IMG/VR virus record: IMGVR_UViG_3300002061_000003
Source: a virus
Length of the DNA stretch: 64,000 nucleotides
Strand: one strand, 5' to 3'
Shown here: positions 63,789 to 64,000 of the stretch, one piece after another
Numbering within the stretch: the stretch's first letter is position 1
Layout of the letters: each line of letters begins with the position of its first letter
The notes under the pieces: model-generated
What the model saw: only the letters and a program-made list of their open reading frames with translations
The model's database searches: none
What the model was told of the DNA's origin: nothing
Position numbers and translations under genes: made by a program

Positions 63789-64000
63789 ATGACGACTTAT
63801 ACTGGCACGAACGGCGATGATACTATTACTGGAGCATCTGCTGACGATTTCATCTTTGGCCTTGACGGCAATGATGTGCTTAGCGGCGGTCTCGGAAATG
63901 ATGAGATCAACGGCGGTCGTGGAGATGACTCTCTCTTTGGAGGCGAAGGTGATGACATTCTTCGTGGCCATTCAGGCGACGATTACCTCAGTGGTGGTAA
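63789..64000 (+). CDS. RTX (hemolysin-type Ca2+-binding) repeat protein, N-terminal part
   Basis: GAAGGA RBS; MTTYTGTNGDDTITGASADDFIFGLDGNDVLSGGLGNDEINGGRGDDSLFGGEGDDILRGHSGDDYLSGG is a run of GGxGxDx(L/I)x nonapeptides. Confidence 0.9.
   Translation, partial: MTTYTGTNGDDTITGASADDFIFGLDGNDVLSGGLGNDEINGGRGDDSLFGGEGDDILRGHSGDDYLSGG

Noticed and set aside
63783-63971. Minus-strand 62-aa ORF in the ORF track
   Set aside because: Antisense shadow of the RTX repeat gene, which has a clear promoter, RBS and motif
1-64000. CRISPR arrays, inteins or self-splicing introns in polA, nrdJ, terL or helicase
   Set aside because: No regularly spaced repeats; these genes are uninterrupted, of normal length and lack intein C-terminal HN/C motifs

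Overview
The window looks like an almost complete, circularly permuted ~64 kb genome of a lytic siphovirus, most likely infecting a Rhodobacteraceae/alphaproteobacterial host. Its gene content resembles what I recall for Roseobacter phages RDJL-Phi1/Phi2; this is unverified. The genome has two arms. The plus strand (60746-64000, then 1-32931) carries early genes, replication/recombination genes (primase-helicase, RNase H, RuvC-like resolvase, ligase, SNF2 helicase, PD-(D/E)XK exonuclease, Sak4, SSB, UDG-fused PolA), nucleotide metabolism (NrdJ, Dcd, dNMP kinase, ThyX, a purine PRTase) and a 7-deazaguanine DNA-modification cluster (queC, queD, queE, folE, TGT-fold DpdA-like gene). The minus strand (60335-33007) carries terminase, portal, head and tail genes, a GTA-like (RcGTA g12-g15) tail-tip module and lysis genes. 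No integrase, tRNA or CRISPR array was found. Best leads: (1) the deazaguanine cluster directly upstream of a PolA with non-consensus active-site motifs and a degenerate UDG domain; (2) a separate 77-aa mini-protein made only of the PolA catalytic palm motifs; (3) a GafA/GafZ (DUF6456)-like GTA activator/antiterminator homolog, with two recurring promoter elements; (4) an RTX Ca2+-binding repeat protein split across the window ends; (5) a 76-bp inverted repeat around an AT-rich core (probable origin); (6) several structured intergenic RNA candidates. All family assignments are by eye from motifs; no database searches were run.
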